From: Negativicutes bacterium
GTDB taxonomy: Bacteria; Bacillota; Negativicutes; UBA1444
Direction of reading: 5' to 3'
Assembly (NCBI GenBank): GCA_963665275.2
Contig: CAXXIN010000001.1
Location: 1 to 64,000 of the forward strand
Length of the DNA stretch: 64,000 nt
Shown: one piece after another, positions 31,301 through 40,546 of the stretch
Numbering within the stretch: the stretch's first letter is position 1
Layout of the letters: each line of letters starts with the position of its first letter
Notes under the pieces: model-generated
Databases searched by the model: none
What the model was told of the DNA's origin: nothing
What the model saw: the letters and a program-made list of their open reading frames with translations, nothing else
Made by a program: the position numbers and the translations under genes

Positions 31301-31592
31301 TGCCGTTCAAATAATGATAGTGTGTACTGCGATATGCTTGCGATTCATTGAGCAAATGGGTCAAAGCTTGGATGTATTGGACACCGGCGCGTTCACGGAG
31401 TAAAAAATCAATATTTTTGTTTATTTCCGATACCAGCATATAAATCAGCGCGGAAGCCTGCAAAATAATTAAAAATCCAATAAGAGCAAATTTAAAGGCG
31501 TATTTCAGACGGTTCATTAACTGAACTGCGGGTTCAAAAAAATATTTAATCAATGAAACATTCACGCTTCCTTTCCTGCTCCCCATTGTCAA
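28338..31592 (-). CDS. Membrane sensor-HAMP-PAS-Hpt-CheA-type HATPase kinase with a degenerate CheX-like tail
   Basis: 2 TM around a helical extracytoplasmic domain; HAMP (GDL...SRDEMGSL); Hpt LFRTVHTFKG; HVFRNSIAHGLE, DDGRGID, GFSS...GRGVGL; no CheW domain recognised. Confidence 0.75.
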   Translation of the reverse strand: MTMGSRKGSVNVSLIKYFFEPAVQLMNRLKYAFKFALIGFLIILQASALIYMLVSEINKNIDFLLRERAGVQYIQALTHLLNESQAYRSTHYHYLNGNTPLKSELLAQQAKIGAALDAVEAIDSQTSSQMDTTWKLQMLRKNWITRKRDAFHFDADHVQVEFDLDSRWLGEITDLMQHVGYESNLAMDSDFDTSYLNDSVLRKMPGLLDALSAAQALSVHLQGETLSADNKYRLLQVMGLIHSNLEQVDRNAQLVFRHNDQINSKLKRLHTTLTDAVPIFTWNFGQKTVGQQGLPLPQQLLTNTGNHAILTAVELHREELSVIDQTLVTRIDKNLQYRNLIVLFTSAILLLVCYLFSGFDISVRKAVYQLDHVMASVGNGDLQVRGVISSRDEMGSLTRSINSTLDSLQNMMLEVQSSHAKLELWNQELEDKIAERTAALRNLLDHAGQGFLSFSSDLCVIGAYSAECAVIFERAIAGEEVPALIYPDDRDQQVFLAAVFKKILQEDQASLRETYFSLLPEEIVFSGRYIGVAYKFIERASESGHREIMLILTDRTAQKAMEEKMQAEKNILAMIVHIVTHSAEFFAAVNQYTSFCQEDMQEILSEDKTSSELLTTLFRTVHTFKGTFGQLRMFNTMAKLHEMEETLDNIRANKINTEGHLSLQQALGNYTPDTMLSWLNIDLAILKSKLGENFFQRGNLLEVENSRLLEIEEKVLRTLSPALCSLLLPDLRRLRYKPFRELLQSYPEYVVTLAEKNEKSVYAFEIEGGETMVDPQHYYDFIKSLGHVFRNSIAHGLETYDERLGLGKDERGKISCSIAESQTGLELVLADDGRGIDPVRIRDVALKKHICSPETATSLSDEELVQLIFADGFSSAQDADALAGRGVGLSAVRAELEKLNGSVRVTTALGQGTQFHFFLPLNHTDDTDPYSLRQLAKPLLGAAESLLLNEAGLRITNLSYIDSAPDRKLTLRKITTFLGINGLAKGRMVLSADQDVATLMIENRFAASTTGSTIDTLMETTLSYYAENIFQNALKTAPAWASSLSSETLGSILADEASAKYPQSETPSWVLDTVAGKVMLSLIY

Positions 31593-31616
31593 CTCTTCTA
31601 TACCTTTTCACTTATT

Positions 31617-31670
31617 ATTATTTATGATTATCGGTTGAAGCAGGTGAAGTTTCGGTAAAGATTTGGTTAT
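31617..31670 (-). promoter_or_regulatory. Probable Pho-box array plus -10 for the kinase-CheY-MshEN/CheX operon
   Basis: Minus-strand ATAACC 31670, TTTACC 31659, TTCACC 31648; AATAAT starting 31622. Confidence 0.55.
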
Positions 31671-31695
31671 TTTTTTGATTGAATCATACATAAGC

Positions 31696-31725
31696 AAAGG
31701 GCACTGTTCCTTTACAGTGCCCTTT
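31696..31725 (-). terminator. Terminator after the phosphonate operon
   Basis: AAAGGGCACTGT...ACAGTGCCCTTT. Confidence 0.6.
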
Positions 31726-31742
31726 GACTGCTATTTGAAATA

Positions 31743-33107
31743 CTAACTTCTTCCTGCTGTTGCTAGAATCGCTTCCTCCAGAAGCATAAATGCTGTTGCC
31801 AGTTGCGCCTGCGACACGATGAGCGGGGGGTGCCAGGTGATGCAGTTGCCTGCTGCCAATTTGAAGGACAGGCCTCGTTCTAAGCAATGATAGAAGATTT
31901 TTTCGGCGCGATCATCGCCTTTTTCTTTGGCGGCGCGATTTTTGACCAACTCAAACGACAAGAGCAATCCAGCGATGCGGACATCCCCAATACATTCGTA
32001 TTTCTCATAAATCATCTGTGCTTGTTGCGCAGCAAAGGAAGATTGCCGACGGCAATTTTCCAACAACTGAAAATCATCGATATACCGGATCGTTGCCAAC
32101 AATGCCGCACAACCGACCGCCGGTTTTTCATGGGTGTAGTGCCCTAGCGAAATCTCTGGAGCCACATCCAAGGCTGCTTTTGCCAGAACAGCAGCCTGAG
32201 GGACCACTGCGCCGCCCAGCCCTTTGCCCAAAACCAAAATGTCCGGCTCGATGCCGAACTTCCGGTGAACGTAAAATTCGCCGCTGCGACCCAGTGCGGT
32301 GGGGATTTCATCAAAGATCAACAAGAGGCCTTTTTGGTTGCATAGATCCCGCAACCCTCGGAAATAGGAGAGGGGAGGGACGTGAGTATCTGTGGCGCGG
32401 ATGGGCTCTAGTAGAATCGCTCCCACATCACTCTCGTGCCTGAGGATATACTCTAGATAGTCCAGGCAAAATGAAGCGACTGTCTCGGGACAATCGCTGT
32501 GAATTAAGTTGCGGTAAGCATTATAAGGGATTGCCTTGATGCAGCCCGGCAACATGGGCCCCATATCTTGGCTGAAAACAGCTTCGCCACCAACGGAAAT
32601 CGCATCCAACCCAGCTCCGTGAAATGATTCCCACAGGGAAATCACCTTGTGCTTTCCTGTTGCCTTGCGGGCTATTTTCAGCGCTAACCCGATTGCTGCG
32701 CTTCCCGATGGGGTAAATAATACCCGGTAGTCTTTGGAGGTCGTTTTGTTGATCAATGCAGCAGCAGCCTGAATGGCTATTTCAGCTGTATATCGGCGTG
32801 GGATAAAAGGGAGATCCGCCAATTGGGATTTTACAGCCTCGATCACATAGGGGTTTTTGTAACCGACTTGGTGAAGACTGTTACCGTGAAAATCAAGATA
32901 GCTTTTGCCGTTTCGATCCCAGAGATAACAGCCTTTGGCATCGACGATTTCGTTCATGCAAGGCGTAGACATGGATTGTCTCATAAAAACCGCCGCATCG
33001 GCATCGATTGCTGCGCGAGTTTTGGAATCCAGGGTTGCCACCCAGTTCTGCCGCAACTGACTGGTGTTAAGTTCCCCTTCGCGATTCAACTCAGGGTTAG
33101 CGCACAC
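31743..33107 (-). CDS. pbfA: Class-III PLP enzyme, PbfA-like (R)-1-hydroxy-2-aminoethylphosphonate ammonia-lyase
   Basis: REGELN, RQSMSTPC, DFHGNSLHQVGY, FDEIP, GKGLGG, GHYTHEK; directly after phnX. Confidence 0.75.
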   Translation of the reverse strand: MCANPELNREGELNTSQLRQNWVATLDSKTRAAIDADAAVFMRQSMSTPCMNEIVDAKGCYLWDRNGKSYLDFHGNSLHQVGYKNPYVIEAVKSQLADLPFIPRRYTAEIAIQAAAALINKTTSKDYRVLFTPSGSAAIGLALKIARKATGKHKVISLWESFHGAGLDAISVGGEAVFSQDMGPMLPGCIKAIPYNAYRNLIHSDCPETVASFCLDYLEYILRHESDVGAILLEPIRATDTHVPPLSYFRGLRDLCNQKGLLLIFDEIPTALGRSGEFYVHRKFGIEPDILVLGKGLGGAVVPQAAVLAKAALDVAPEISLGHYTHEKPAVGCAALLATIRYIDDFQLLENCRRQSSFAAQQAQMIYEKYECIGDVRIAGLLLSFELVKNRAAKEKGDDRAEKIFYHCLERGLSFKLAAGNCITWHPPLIVSQAQLATAFMLLEEAILATAGRS

Positions 33108-33912
33108 CGGGGCGAATTCCTGCCTGAATCAGACTGTCAATCCAACCAATCGTGACAGGTAGCTCTGATATCGTTTTAATTGTAAAGTCTGCGCCCGCAT
33201 CCAAAAACGCGTTTTCGGCGACTTGAATCGACGCTGTTTTATCGGTCGCCGTCAATTCTTCAAATTCAGCTTGGCTGAGTCCTAGCTGCGAACTGCCTAC
33301 AACAACCCCTACCGACCAAACTCCCGCTCGAATCCCTTCCTCGATATCGGCTGCGGTGTCGCCGACCTTGACCACAGTCCAGGGCGCATGGAGACGTAGG
33401 GCTTCAATATTGCGGAAGATCATGTACGGATAAGGCCGACCAAGCGAACGCGTAGAGTCGGGCGTGATCCAGTAATCAGGGGCGTAGCCCTTAGTTTTGG
33501 CGCCAGCAGTCAGTATCCGCATCATGGAGTCGGTATAGCCGGTGGTGGAACCGATCTTCAGTCCGTTTTCACGCAAGCTGTTGACGGTCGCGACCACTCC
33601 GGGCAATGGCTCTGTGAATTGGTCAAGAGAGGCAAGAAGTAGTGGCTCGAAATTGGCGTATAGCTCTTCGACATCTTCCGGTTGGACAGGACGACCTTTT
33701 TGTTTTTCCCAGTGGGCCTTTATTCTTGGCATATCCAGCATCGCGCGAATATGATCCCGTTTCAGCATTCCCATCGGCGCTCGCGCTTCCGCCATGGTTA
33801 CTTCGACGCCCGCCTCACGGAAAATCTGCAGGAATACCTGCACCGGTGCGAAACAACCGAAGTCAACAGTGGTTCCGGCCCAATCGAATATGACTCCGTC
33901 AACCTTATTCAT
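33097..33912 (-). CDS. phnX: Phosphonoacetaldehyde hydrolase
   Basis: IFDWAGTTVDFGCFAP, PMGMLKRDHI, GRPYPYM, KVGDT. Confidence 0.95.
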   Translation of the reverse strand: MNKVDGVIFDWAGTTVDFGCFAPVQVFLQIFREAGVEVTMAEARAPMGMLKRDHIRAMLDMPRIKAHWEKQKGRPVQPEDVEELYANFEPLLLASLDQFTEPLPGVVATVNSLRENGLKIGSTTGYTDSMMRILTAGAKTKGYAPDYWITPDSTRSLGRPYPYMIFRNIEALRLHAPWTVVKVGDTAADIEEGIRAGVWSVGVVVGSSQLGLSQAEFEELTATDKTASIQVAENAFLDAGADFTIKTISELPVTIGWIDSLIQAGIRPGVR

Positions 33913-35012
33913 GTCAGATGTTCCTTCGTGTAATCCGCAATGATGTCGCATAATTGCCGGATGTCCGACTCGTAGATTTCGCCGATATTGCCGATACGGA
34001 AGGTATCAAAGTCGGTAAGTTTTCCCGGATACAAGACAAATCCCCGCTCTTTGACGTAATGGTAAAATTCGTCGAAATCAAAGTCGAACTGTGGAAATAA
34101 GAAGGTAGTGATAATCGGCGACTGCAGGCTTTCTTCGATATAAGCCGCAAACCCGAGTTCCTTCAGCAAATCCCTCAACAACTGGTTGTTGGCCCGGTAG
34201 CGCTCATATCTGGCTGCCACTCCACCCTCGGCGGCCAATTCATCCAATGCCTTGGAAAAAGCTGCAACAACATGGGTGGGTGAAGTGAACCGCCACTTGC
34301 CGTCTTTGTCCATGTGCTTCCATTGGTCGAACAAGTCCAGCGACAGGCTGCGTGCATTACCTTCGCAGCCAAGCAATTTAACTCGATTCGCCAATACGAA
34401 GCAAAACCCGGGGACCCCTTGAATGCATTTATTGGCGCTACTGACCAAAAAGTCAATTCCCAATTCCTGCACCGGGATTTCTACGCCGCCCAAACTGCTC
34501 ATGGCGTCAACGATCAAAGTTTTCCCCTGCGATTTGGCCAGTGCGGCGATTTTGTCCAATGGATTTAAAATACCGGTGGTGGTTTCGCAGTGGACCATGG
34601 CGATATGCGTGATCGCCGGGTCTGCGGCGAGAAGGGTCTCGATGTCCCGGGCTGACGGCGGACTGTTGTAAGCAACTTGATAAACTACATGGGACAGACC
34701 CAGGCGCCTCGCCATAGCGACCATTCTTTCCCCGTAAGCCCCGTTGGTCACGATCAGGCACTTGTCCGCTTCACCGAGCGCGGTTCCCAGGACGGCTTCC
34801 ACGCCAAAGCTGCCGCTACCCTGCAGTAATACGGCCGTATATTCCTCCGGAGATACGCCGGCGATTTCCAAAAGTTGCCGACGTATCTTTTGCGTGATTT
34901 GTTTATATTCGTCGTCCCAGGTACAACGATCCACCAGCATTTCTTCCTTCACGGTGGCCGTCGTGGTCAAAGGACCCGGCGTCAAGAGCTTGTAGCGATT
35001 CATTTGCAACAC
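33909..35012 (-). CDS. phnW: 2-aminoethylphosphonate-pyruvate transaminase
   Basis: LLTPGPLTT, HCETTTG, DAMSS, SSANKCIQG, WRFTSPTH, LYPGK. Confidence 0.95.
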   Translation of the reverse strand: MLQMNRYKLLTPGPLTTTATVKEEMLVDRCTWDDEYKQITQKIRRQLLEIAGVSPEEYTAVLLQGSGSFGVEAVLGTALGEADKCLIVTNGAYGERMVAMARRLGLSHVVYQVAYNSPPSARDIETLLAADPAITHIAMVHCETTTGILNPLDKIAALAKSQGKTLIVDAMSSLGGVEIPVQELGIDFLVSSANKCIQGVPGFCFVLANRVKLLGCEGNARSLSLDLFDQWKHMDKDGKWRFTSPTHVVAAFSKALDELAAEGGVAARYERYRANNQLLRDLLKELGFAAYIEESLQSPIITTFLFPQFDFDFDEFYHYVKERGFVLYPGKLTDFDTFRIGNIGEIYESDIRQLCDIIADYTKEHLT

Positions 35013-35041
35013 CTGCTTTTCGTATTATGCTATTCGAAACA

Positions 35042-36061
35042 TTATTGAGGTTGGGCTGCTTTGAAAAAGTTCTGATGTTCGGAAAGCAGTTCCACCGTCA
35101 ACGGCTTGGGGAAAACCTTCGGATTGCCGGGCTTGTTCAATTCGGTCACGGTTTCACCGGCATAGAGCGCCACCGGATAATCTTTGATGAGCGAAGCTCT
35201 TGCTTTGGTTATGATTACTTTTGCCATATCCATCGCCAGTTGTGTCGTAGGTGCATCCGCTTTCTTTACCACGGCTACCGCTTCGGTCAAGGAATAGTTG
35301 CCTTCAATCGGGTCAATGAAGTCAATCGGCTTGCCGGCAGTCTTATCGGCCACCGCCTGATGACGCAGCCCAAATCCGGCAGCTACTTCTCCGGCCCGGA
35401 CTTTCTTGATGGGGCCTGAACCGGATTTTTCAATATGCGGTCCGCAATTTTGAATCAACTTGCTGAGGATGACTTTGCCTTCGGTTTCGCCATACTGGCT
35501 GATAATGGACTGGATCAACAGCCACGCCGTGGACGAGTTCATGATGTTCGGTATGGATACCAATCCCTTGTATTCATCGCGGGTCAAATCCTTGACGGAC
35601 TTGGGCATCGGTAGATTTTTTTCCTTGAGCATCTGCGTGTTGACGAAGATGGCTCCTGTGTTGGCCAAAATCGGCGCATAATAGGAAGGGTGTTGGCTTA
35701 GGGCTTTAGTGTCAAAAGTTAGATCCGCAAACATTTTGTATTTGTTCTGCGCACTGTCAAGAAAATAGGAGCTCATGGTCACCAGGTTCGCTTCGATTTT
35801 GTCCCCTTCGGCCATCAGCTTGCCGCCAAGCTCGGAAGTTCCCAGTGTCTGCAGCACGTATTTGCCTTCGTAACCTGCTTCGTTCAGACTTTTTTGCATC
35901 GCATCGGTGGCTTCTTTGTCGGCGTTGGTGTAAATCACCACTTTCTTGGCCGGTTCGGGAGTTTTGCTCGCCGGGGTATTGCTGCCGCCGCAACCGGCCA
36001 AGCCTGTTGCCAATGCGAGTATGACCAGACCCGGTATCAGTTTTTTTACTACCTTATTCAT
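35042..36061 (-). CDS. 2-aminoethylphosphonate-type ABC solute-binding lipoprotein
   Basis: Lipobox LAGC; GTSELGGK, SSTAWL, SGSGP; in the phnWX operon. Confidence 0.75.
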   Translation of the reverse strand: MNKVVKKLIPGLVILALATGLAGCGGSNTPASKTPEPAKKVVIYTNADKEATDAMQKSLNEAGYEGKYVLQTLGTSELGGKLMAEGDKIEANLVTMSSYFLDSAQNKYKMFADLTFDTKALSQHPSYYAPILANTGAIFVNTQMLKEKNLPMPKSVKDLTRDEYKGLVSIPNIMNSSTAWLLIQSIISQYGETEGKVILSKLIQNCGPHIEKSGSGPIKKVRAGEVAAGFGLRHQAVADKTAGKPIDFIDPIEGNYSLTEAVAVVKKADAPTTQLAMDMAKVIITKARASLIKDYPVALYAGETVTELNKPGNPKVFPKPLTVELLSEHQNFFKAAQPQ

Positions 36062-36101
36062 CCTTACACGCTTCCTCTCAATTTTATTTATGTGAAAACT
36101 G

Positions 36102-37733
36102 TCATCTGCCGGATAGCGAGGACAATTTTTTATTGGCTTGGTCGCAGCCGATTTTGACGAGCATGTTGGTTGCCAAAATCAGAATCGATAAAACGAAAAT
36201 TTCATTGAAGCTGGCAAAGTGCTGCAATTCTTTGATCTTGCTTGTTACCACAGCCGTTCGGGCCGTAACCAAAAAGATAATGGCGCTGATGGTAACCATC
36301 GAATTGATGAAGAAGTAACCGAACATTTCCACGACCGTCGCGGCTGAATTGGGAATGATGACCCGCCGGATCGTTTTGAACCAGGTATCGCCCATCAATT
36401 CGCCGGTCGTTTCCCACGCCGGGTTTAATTTGGTCAGTGAATTTTTGGCCATCAGATAAGGCGTGGTAAAAAAATGCACAATGTTGCAGAGGATCAGGAT
36501 GAGAAAAGTTCCTTTGAAATCGCTGTCGTTAAAGAGCATCAGATAAGAAAGGCCCAGAACCATTCCAGGAACCGTATTGGTGATCATGGATAAAACATCC
36601 AGACTGACTTTGGCCTTGCGGTTCATGGTGGTGCGAACATTGATAATTGCAGAACTGTAAGCGATCAACGTTCCTACGGCCGCAGAGGCGAACGCTACCA
36701 TAAGGGAATTTTCATATACTCCCAGCATTGCCCGATTGAACAAGGCGTTTTTGATGAATTGCATGCTGAAGCTCATATCGTAGGGATAGTTTTTTACGAA
36801 CGGAGCAATGAACATTACCAGGAAAATTGATATCATCCCGGTGACCACGATCAGCGATATGCCGGAAAAAATGGTATCCCGCAACTTGTTCTCCGGCAGT
36901 TCGGTGGCGGAGATTGTGTCATAATAAAAATTGAACCGTTCCAAATAATTCAAAAAAACAACGCCGACCGCTGCCGGCAGCAACATCAAGATAGCAATCA
37001 CCGAACCGCTGTTGAAATCAGGAATCGCACCCAGCATTACTTGGTAAAGTTCGGTTGCAATCACAGTATAGGTTCCTCCCACAGAAGCGGGGATGCCAAA
37101 ATCCGTAAAGCTCAAAATGAAAGAGACGGCGAACGCTGCGCCGATCGTTCCAATCAACGGACGGAAAACCGCATTCATAAAGCTGCGGCAAAAACCATCG
37201 CCCATCAGTTCGGACACGATCAGAAATTTCTTGTCGATATAGGCGAACGAGTTGTGCAGGAGCAAAAATGCAAAAGGCAGTGTGTAGATGACATACCCGA
37301 TTAACAGTCCCTGGAAGCCGTAGATCTGAAACAGTTCCACACCCAAAAGCTTGGTCAACAATCCTTGCTTGCCAAATGAATAGATGATTGCGAATCCGTA
37401 GGTGATGGTCGGCAATAGCATGGGAATCACAATGCCGAATCTGATCAGTGCCTTGACTCGGTTGCCTGCTTTGGTGAAAGTGACCGTGTACGCCAGCACA
37501 AAGGCCAGTACGGTGGAAATCAAAGCGGCCAGAGCGGAGATGGTTACGCTGTTTCTGACAGCCGTCAAGATTGTCTTATCACGCAATACGGTGGAATAAT
37601 TGGCAATCGCATAGCCTTGGCTTGTTTGAAACGATTGCAACAGCAGTACGAGCAGGGGAGCAGCCAGGAGAACGGCGAAAAAAACGAGAATGATGCCATA
37701 GACTACCTGAATTTCCGGTGGCTGCTTACGCAT
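36102..37733 (-). CDS. ABC permease (duplicated domain), AEP/FbpB family
   Basis: SFTDFGIP..VGG, two EAA-like regions. Confidence 0.8.
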   Translation of the reverse strand: MRKQPPEIQVVYGIILVFFAVLLAAPLLVLLLQSFQTSQGYAIANYSTVLRDKTILTAVRNSVTISALAALISTVLAFVLAYTVTFTKAGNRVKALIRFGIVIPMLLPTITYGFAIIYSFGKQGLLTKLLGVELFQIYGFQGLLIGYVIYTLPFAFLLLHNSFAYIDKKFLIVSELMGDGFCRSFMNAVFRPLIGTIGAAFAVSFILSFTDFGIPASVGGTYTVIATELYQVMLGAIPDFNSGSVIAILMLLPAAVGVVFLNYLERFNFYYDTISATELPENKLRDTIFSGISLIVVTGMISIFLVMFIAPFVKNYPYDMSFSMQFIKNALFNRAMLGVYENSLMVAFASAAVGTLIAYSSAIINVRTTMNRKAKVSLDVLSMITNTVPGMVLGLSYLMLFNDSDFKGTFLILILCNIVHFFTTPYLMAKNSLTKLNPAWETTGELMGDTWFKTIRRVIIPNSAATVVEMFGYFFINSMVTISAIIFLVTARTAVVTSKIKELQHFASFNEIFVLSILILATNMLVKIGCDQANKKLSSLSGR

Positions 37734-38487
37734 GGCACTCCTTGAACAATCCAAAGATGTTATCCCGCTTGATGATGAGTTGCCGCAGAATAAATTCTTC
37801 CACAAAAGTGTTCTTCGGTTGGTGAATCACCTGCGTGGGCGTACCGTATTGGGAAATCGTTCCTTGATCCAAAATCATTACTTTGTCCGACATAGTGAGG
37901 GCTTCTTCCGGATCATGCGTCACGATGATCGTCGTCAGCTTGTAGCGTTTGGTAATCGCTTTGATCCGCTCCTTGATGGTTTCCTTGATGACCCCGTCAA
38001 GTGCACTTAAAGGTTCGTCGAGCAACAGGATTTTGGGCTGTGTCGCCAGTGTTCGGGCTAGAGCCACCCGCTGTTTTTGCCCGCCGGACAATTGATCGAT
38101 TCTTTTGGATAAATGAGGACGCAGCTCCAGAAAATCTATGAGTTCCTCGACTTCTTCCCTGGCAAAATGATTCGGTTTGTTTTGCAGTCCATAGATGATA
38201 TTCTTGTGGGCATTCAAATTGGGAAACAACGCGTAATCTTGAAAAACAATATTGAATCCGCGATCTTTCATGGATACGTGGCTGATGTCGACGCCTTCAA
38301 ATACTATGGCGCCGCTATCCATGGCGGTCAATCCCAGTATAATGTTCAAAAGTGTGGTTTTTCCGCTGCCGCTGGGTCCGAGCATCGAAACGAGTTCACC
38401 GCGCTGAATTTCAAGATCGATTCCATCCAATACAACTTTCCCGCCAAACTGCTTCCGAATATTTTTTAACTCCAGCACGCGCTTCAC
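37726..38487 (-). CDS. ABC ATP-binding protein
   Basis: GPSGSGKTT, FQDYALFPNL, LSGGQKQRVALAR. Confidence 0.85.
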   Translation of the reverse strand: MKRVLELKNIRKQFGGKVVLDGIDLEIQRGELVSMLGPSGSGKTTLLNIILGLTAMDSGAIVFEGVDISHVSMKDRGFNIVFQDYALFPNLNAHKNIIYGLQNKPNHFAREEVEELIDFLELRPHLSKRIDQLSGGQKQRVALARTLATQPKILLLDEPLSALDGVIKETIKERIKAITKRYKLTTIIVTHDPEEALTMSDKVMILDQGTISQYGTPTQVIHQPKNTFVEEFILRQLIIKRDNIFGLFKECHA

Positions 38488-38526
38488 CTACATTTCATTT
38501 TTTTTTGCAATCCTTACGACAATTAC

Positions 38527-38580
38527 AGTATACAAATTGCATGTTTCAGTCATGTTATGGCTGGGTTAAGAAATTGTTAA
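38527..38580 (-). promoter_or_regulatory. Pho-box array plus -10 for the AEP operon
   Basis: Minus-strand TTAACA 38580, TTAACC 38569, ATAACA 38558 (and GAAACA 38547); TATACT starting 38532. Confidence 0.8.
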
Positions 38581-38760
38581 GCTATTGGGGTTCTTGCGCA
38601 AATATTAAATACTTTTTGACTATATAATGATATAAGTATGACAATGTTTGGCTGTTTGTATGATAAAATATTAAATAATTTGTGTCAGGTCATTGAATGT
38701 GTTTTGCCTTTGCGGTACACTCGCAGTATTGATGATTATGTTGAAAATGATGGAGGATAT

Positions 38761-39525
38761 ATGTTACCCAGCGAAAGGCAAAAAAAAATAATAGCTCTTT
38801 TGGCGACAAAAGACGTTGTTTCAATTTTGGATTTTGTAAACGCTTTCGAGATATCGGTTGAAACCGTGCGCCGAGACTTGGCTATTCTAGACAAGCAAGG
38901 GGCCATTGAAAAAGTATATGGCGGCGCAAGACTGAAAGTGGGTGGATTGCACGAGGCCACTCTCGAAAGTCGGTTGGTTGACCAACTGTCACAAAAAAAG
39001 GCGATCGGCAAAAAATGCAGCGAATTTATTCATGATGGGGACTGCATCTTTCTCGACAGCGGGTCCACAACCTATCAGATAGCCAAGAACATTACAACGC
39101 GGAAGAATCTCACGGTGATAACCAACTCCATTCCGATTATCAACGAATTAATGCATACCGATTTTGAAATGATCATAATTGGCGGGCGCATACGTCACGA
39201 CGAACGGTCTGTAGTAAGCTTCGACTATCTTTTTGATTTTTCCGGCCTCAATATTCAAAAGAGTTTTATTTGCGCTGGCGGAATTACGGTCGAAAAAGGA
39301 ATTTCTGATTTCAATATGGAAGAAGCGGTAACACGCAGAAAAATAATTGCGCAGTCAAAAGAGGTGTTCGTTGCAGCCGACAGCAGTAAATTCGGTCGCG
39401 ACGTGACAATCCACATCGCCACGCTGTCCCAAATCAACTATGTTATTTCCGACTCGCAAGTGGGTAAAAATACAGTCAGTGGTTTTCAAAAAACGCCCGT
39501 GTCGCTTATTCTGGCGGATGGTTAA
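38761..39525 (+). CDS. DeoR/GlpR-family regulator
   Basis: SVETVRRDL, VYGGA, IFLDSGST, ADSSKF; GGAGG RBS before ATG 38761. Confidence 0.9.
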   Translation: MLPSERQKKIIALLATKDVVSILDFVNAFEISVETVRRDLAILDKQGAIEKVYGGARLKVGGLHEATLESRLVDQLSQKKAIGKKCSEFIHDGDCIFLDSGSTTYQIAKNITTRKNLTVITNSIPIINELMHTDFEMIIIGGRIRHDERSVVSFDYLFDFSGLNIQKSFICAGGITVEKGISDFNMEEAVTRRKIIAQSKEVFVAADSSKFGRDVTIHIATLSQINYVISDSQVGKNTVSGFQKTPVSLILADG

Positions 39526-39613
39526 TGCTAACCCAATCTTAATCTTGCGGTGCTTGTAGGCAAAGGGGCTATGTATCATAATAGAAGTATCGCTGGTAGA
39601 AAGGGTTGGGGTT

Positions 39614-40546
39614 GTGCGCGCGAATCATGCGAATCGCAAAGACTATTGCATAGGGCGTGTCGGAAAGTTACTTGCTTTTGGCTTAATCCTGTTGGCGTTG
39701 ATTGTGGTTGGTTGCGCCGCTGTTCCCCCGGCTGCGGAGGCTCCGACGGTTGATTCGCGTCCGCTATTAAGATTGGGAGCTATTCCTTCCGAACGCGCTG
39801 AAAAGATTCAGGATCAGTACAAAGGGTTTATTGAGTATCTTGAACGCCGGACCGGCTTCAGGATTGAACTTGTTGTTGCGCAAGATTATCAGGGGATTAT
39901 TGAAAAGATGGGCAATAAAGAACTGGACATCGCGCTGTTGGGACCCTTTTCTTATGTTATCGCCCATGAAACAGCCGGTGCGCATGCGTTTGCCAGTCCG
40001 GAATACAAACTCACAGGATCCAACTATACCAGCAATATCATTACTCATACAGGAACGGGGATTACTAGCCTAGTTCAATTGAAAGGCCATTCTTTTTCTT
40101 TTACCGATCCCGAATCTACGTCAGGCTACCTGATTCCCAAAGCGGCATTACTAAAACAGAAGATCGATCCGGAGCGGGACTTTTCACAAATCCTGTTTTT
40201 AGGACATCATGACGCAAACGTTCTCGCCGTCAAAAAACGTACCGTTGACGCCGCCGCGGTTTCTTCCAATGTGCTGAAGAGTTTGTTGGCGAAGGGAATT
40301 GTCGATGAAGACGAAATCAAGATCCTGTTCACTTCCGATCCCATTCCCCAGAGTGTGTGGGCGTACAGGGAAGGGTTATCTGCCGATCTTATGGCCCAAG
40401 TGAAACAGGCGTTTTTCAACGCACATATTGAATCAGGAGCTTTAGGCATCTATGGCAAAGATGTGAATCGCTTTGTTCCCCGTGATGATGCTGCGTACAA
40501 CATTATCAGGGAGACGGCAAGACTTCTGAACTATAAACCGCGATGA
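39614..40546 (+). CDS. PhnD-like phosphate/phosphite/phosphonate-binding lipoprotein (no phnC/phnE adjacent)
   Basis: Lipobox VVGC; DY, GPFSY, STSGYLIP, GHHD, Y..IR. Confidence 0.8.
   Translation: MRANHANRKDYCIGRVGKLLAFGLILLALIVVGCAAVPPAAEAPTVDSRPLLRLGAIPSERAEKIQDQYKGFIEYLERRTGFRIELVVAQDYQGIIEKMGNKELDIALLGPFSYVIAHETAGAHAFASPEYKLTGSNYTSNIITHTGTGITSLVQLKGHSFSFTDPESTSGYLIPKAALLKQKIDPERDFSQILFLGHHDANVLAVKKRTVDAAAVSSNVLKSLLAKGIVDEDEIKILFTSDPIPQSVWAYREGLSADLMAQVKQAFFNAHIESGALGIYGKDVNRFVPRDDAAYNIIRETARLLNYKPR

Noticed and set aside
39528-39582. Pho box upstream of the phnD-like gene
   Set aside because: Only two degenerate hexamers, and the -10 (CATAAT 39577) is one base out of phase with the other nine promoters
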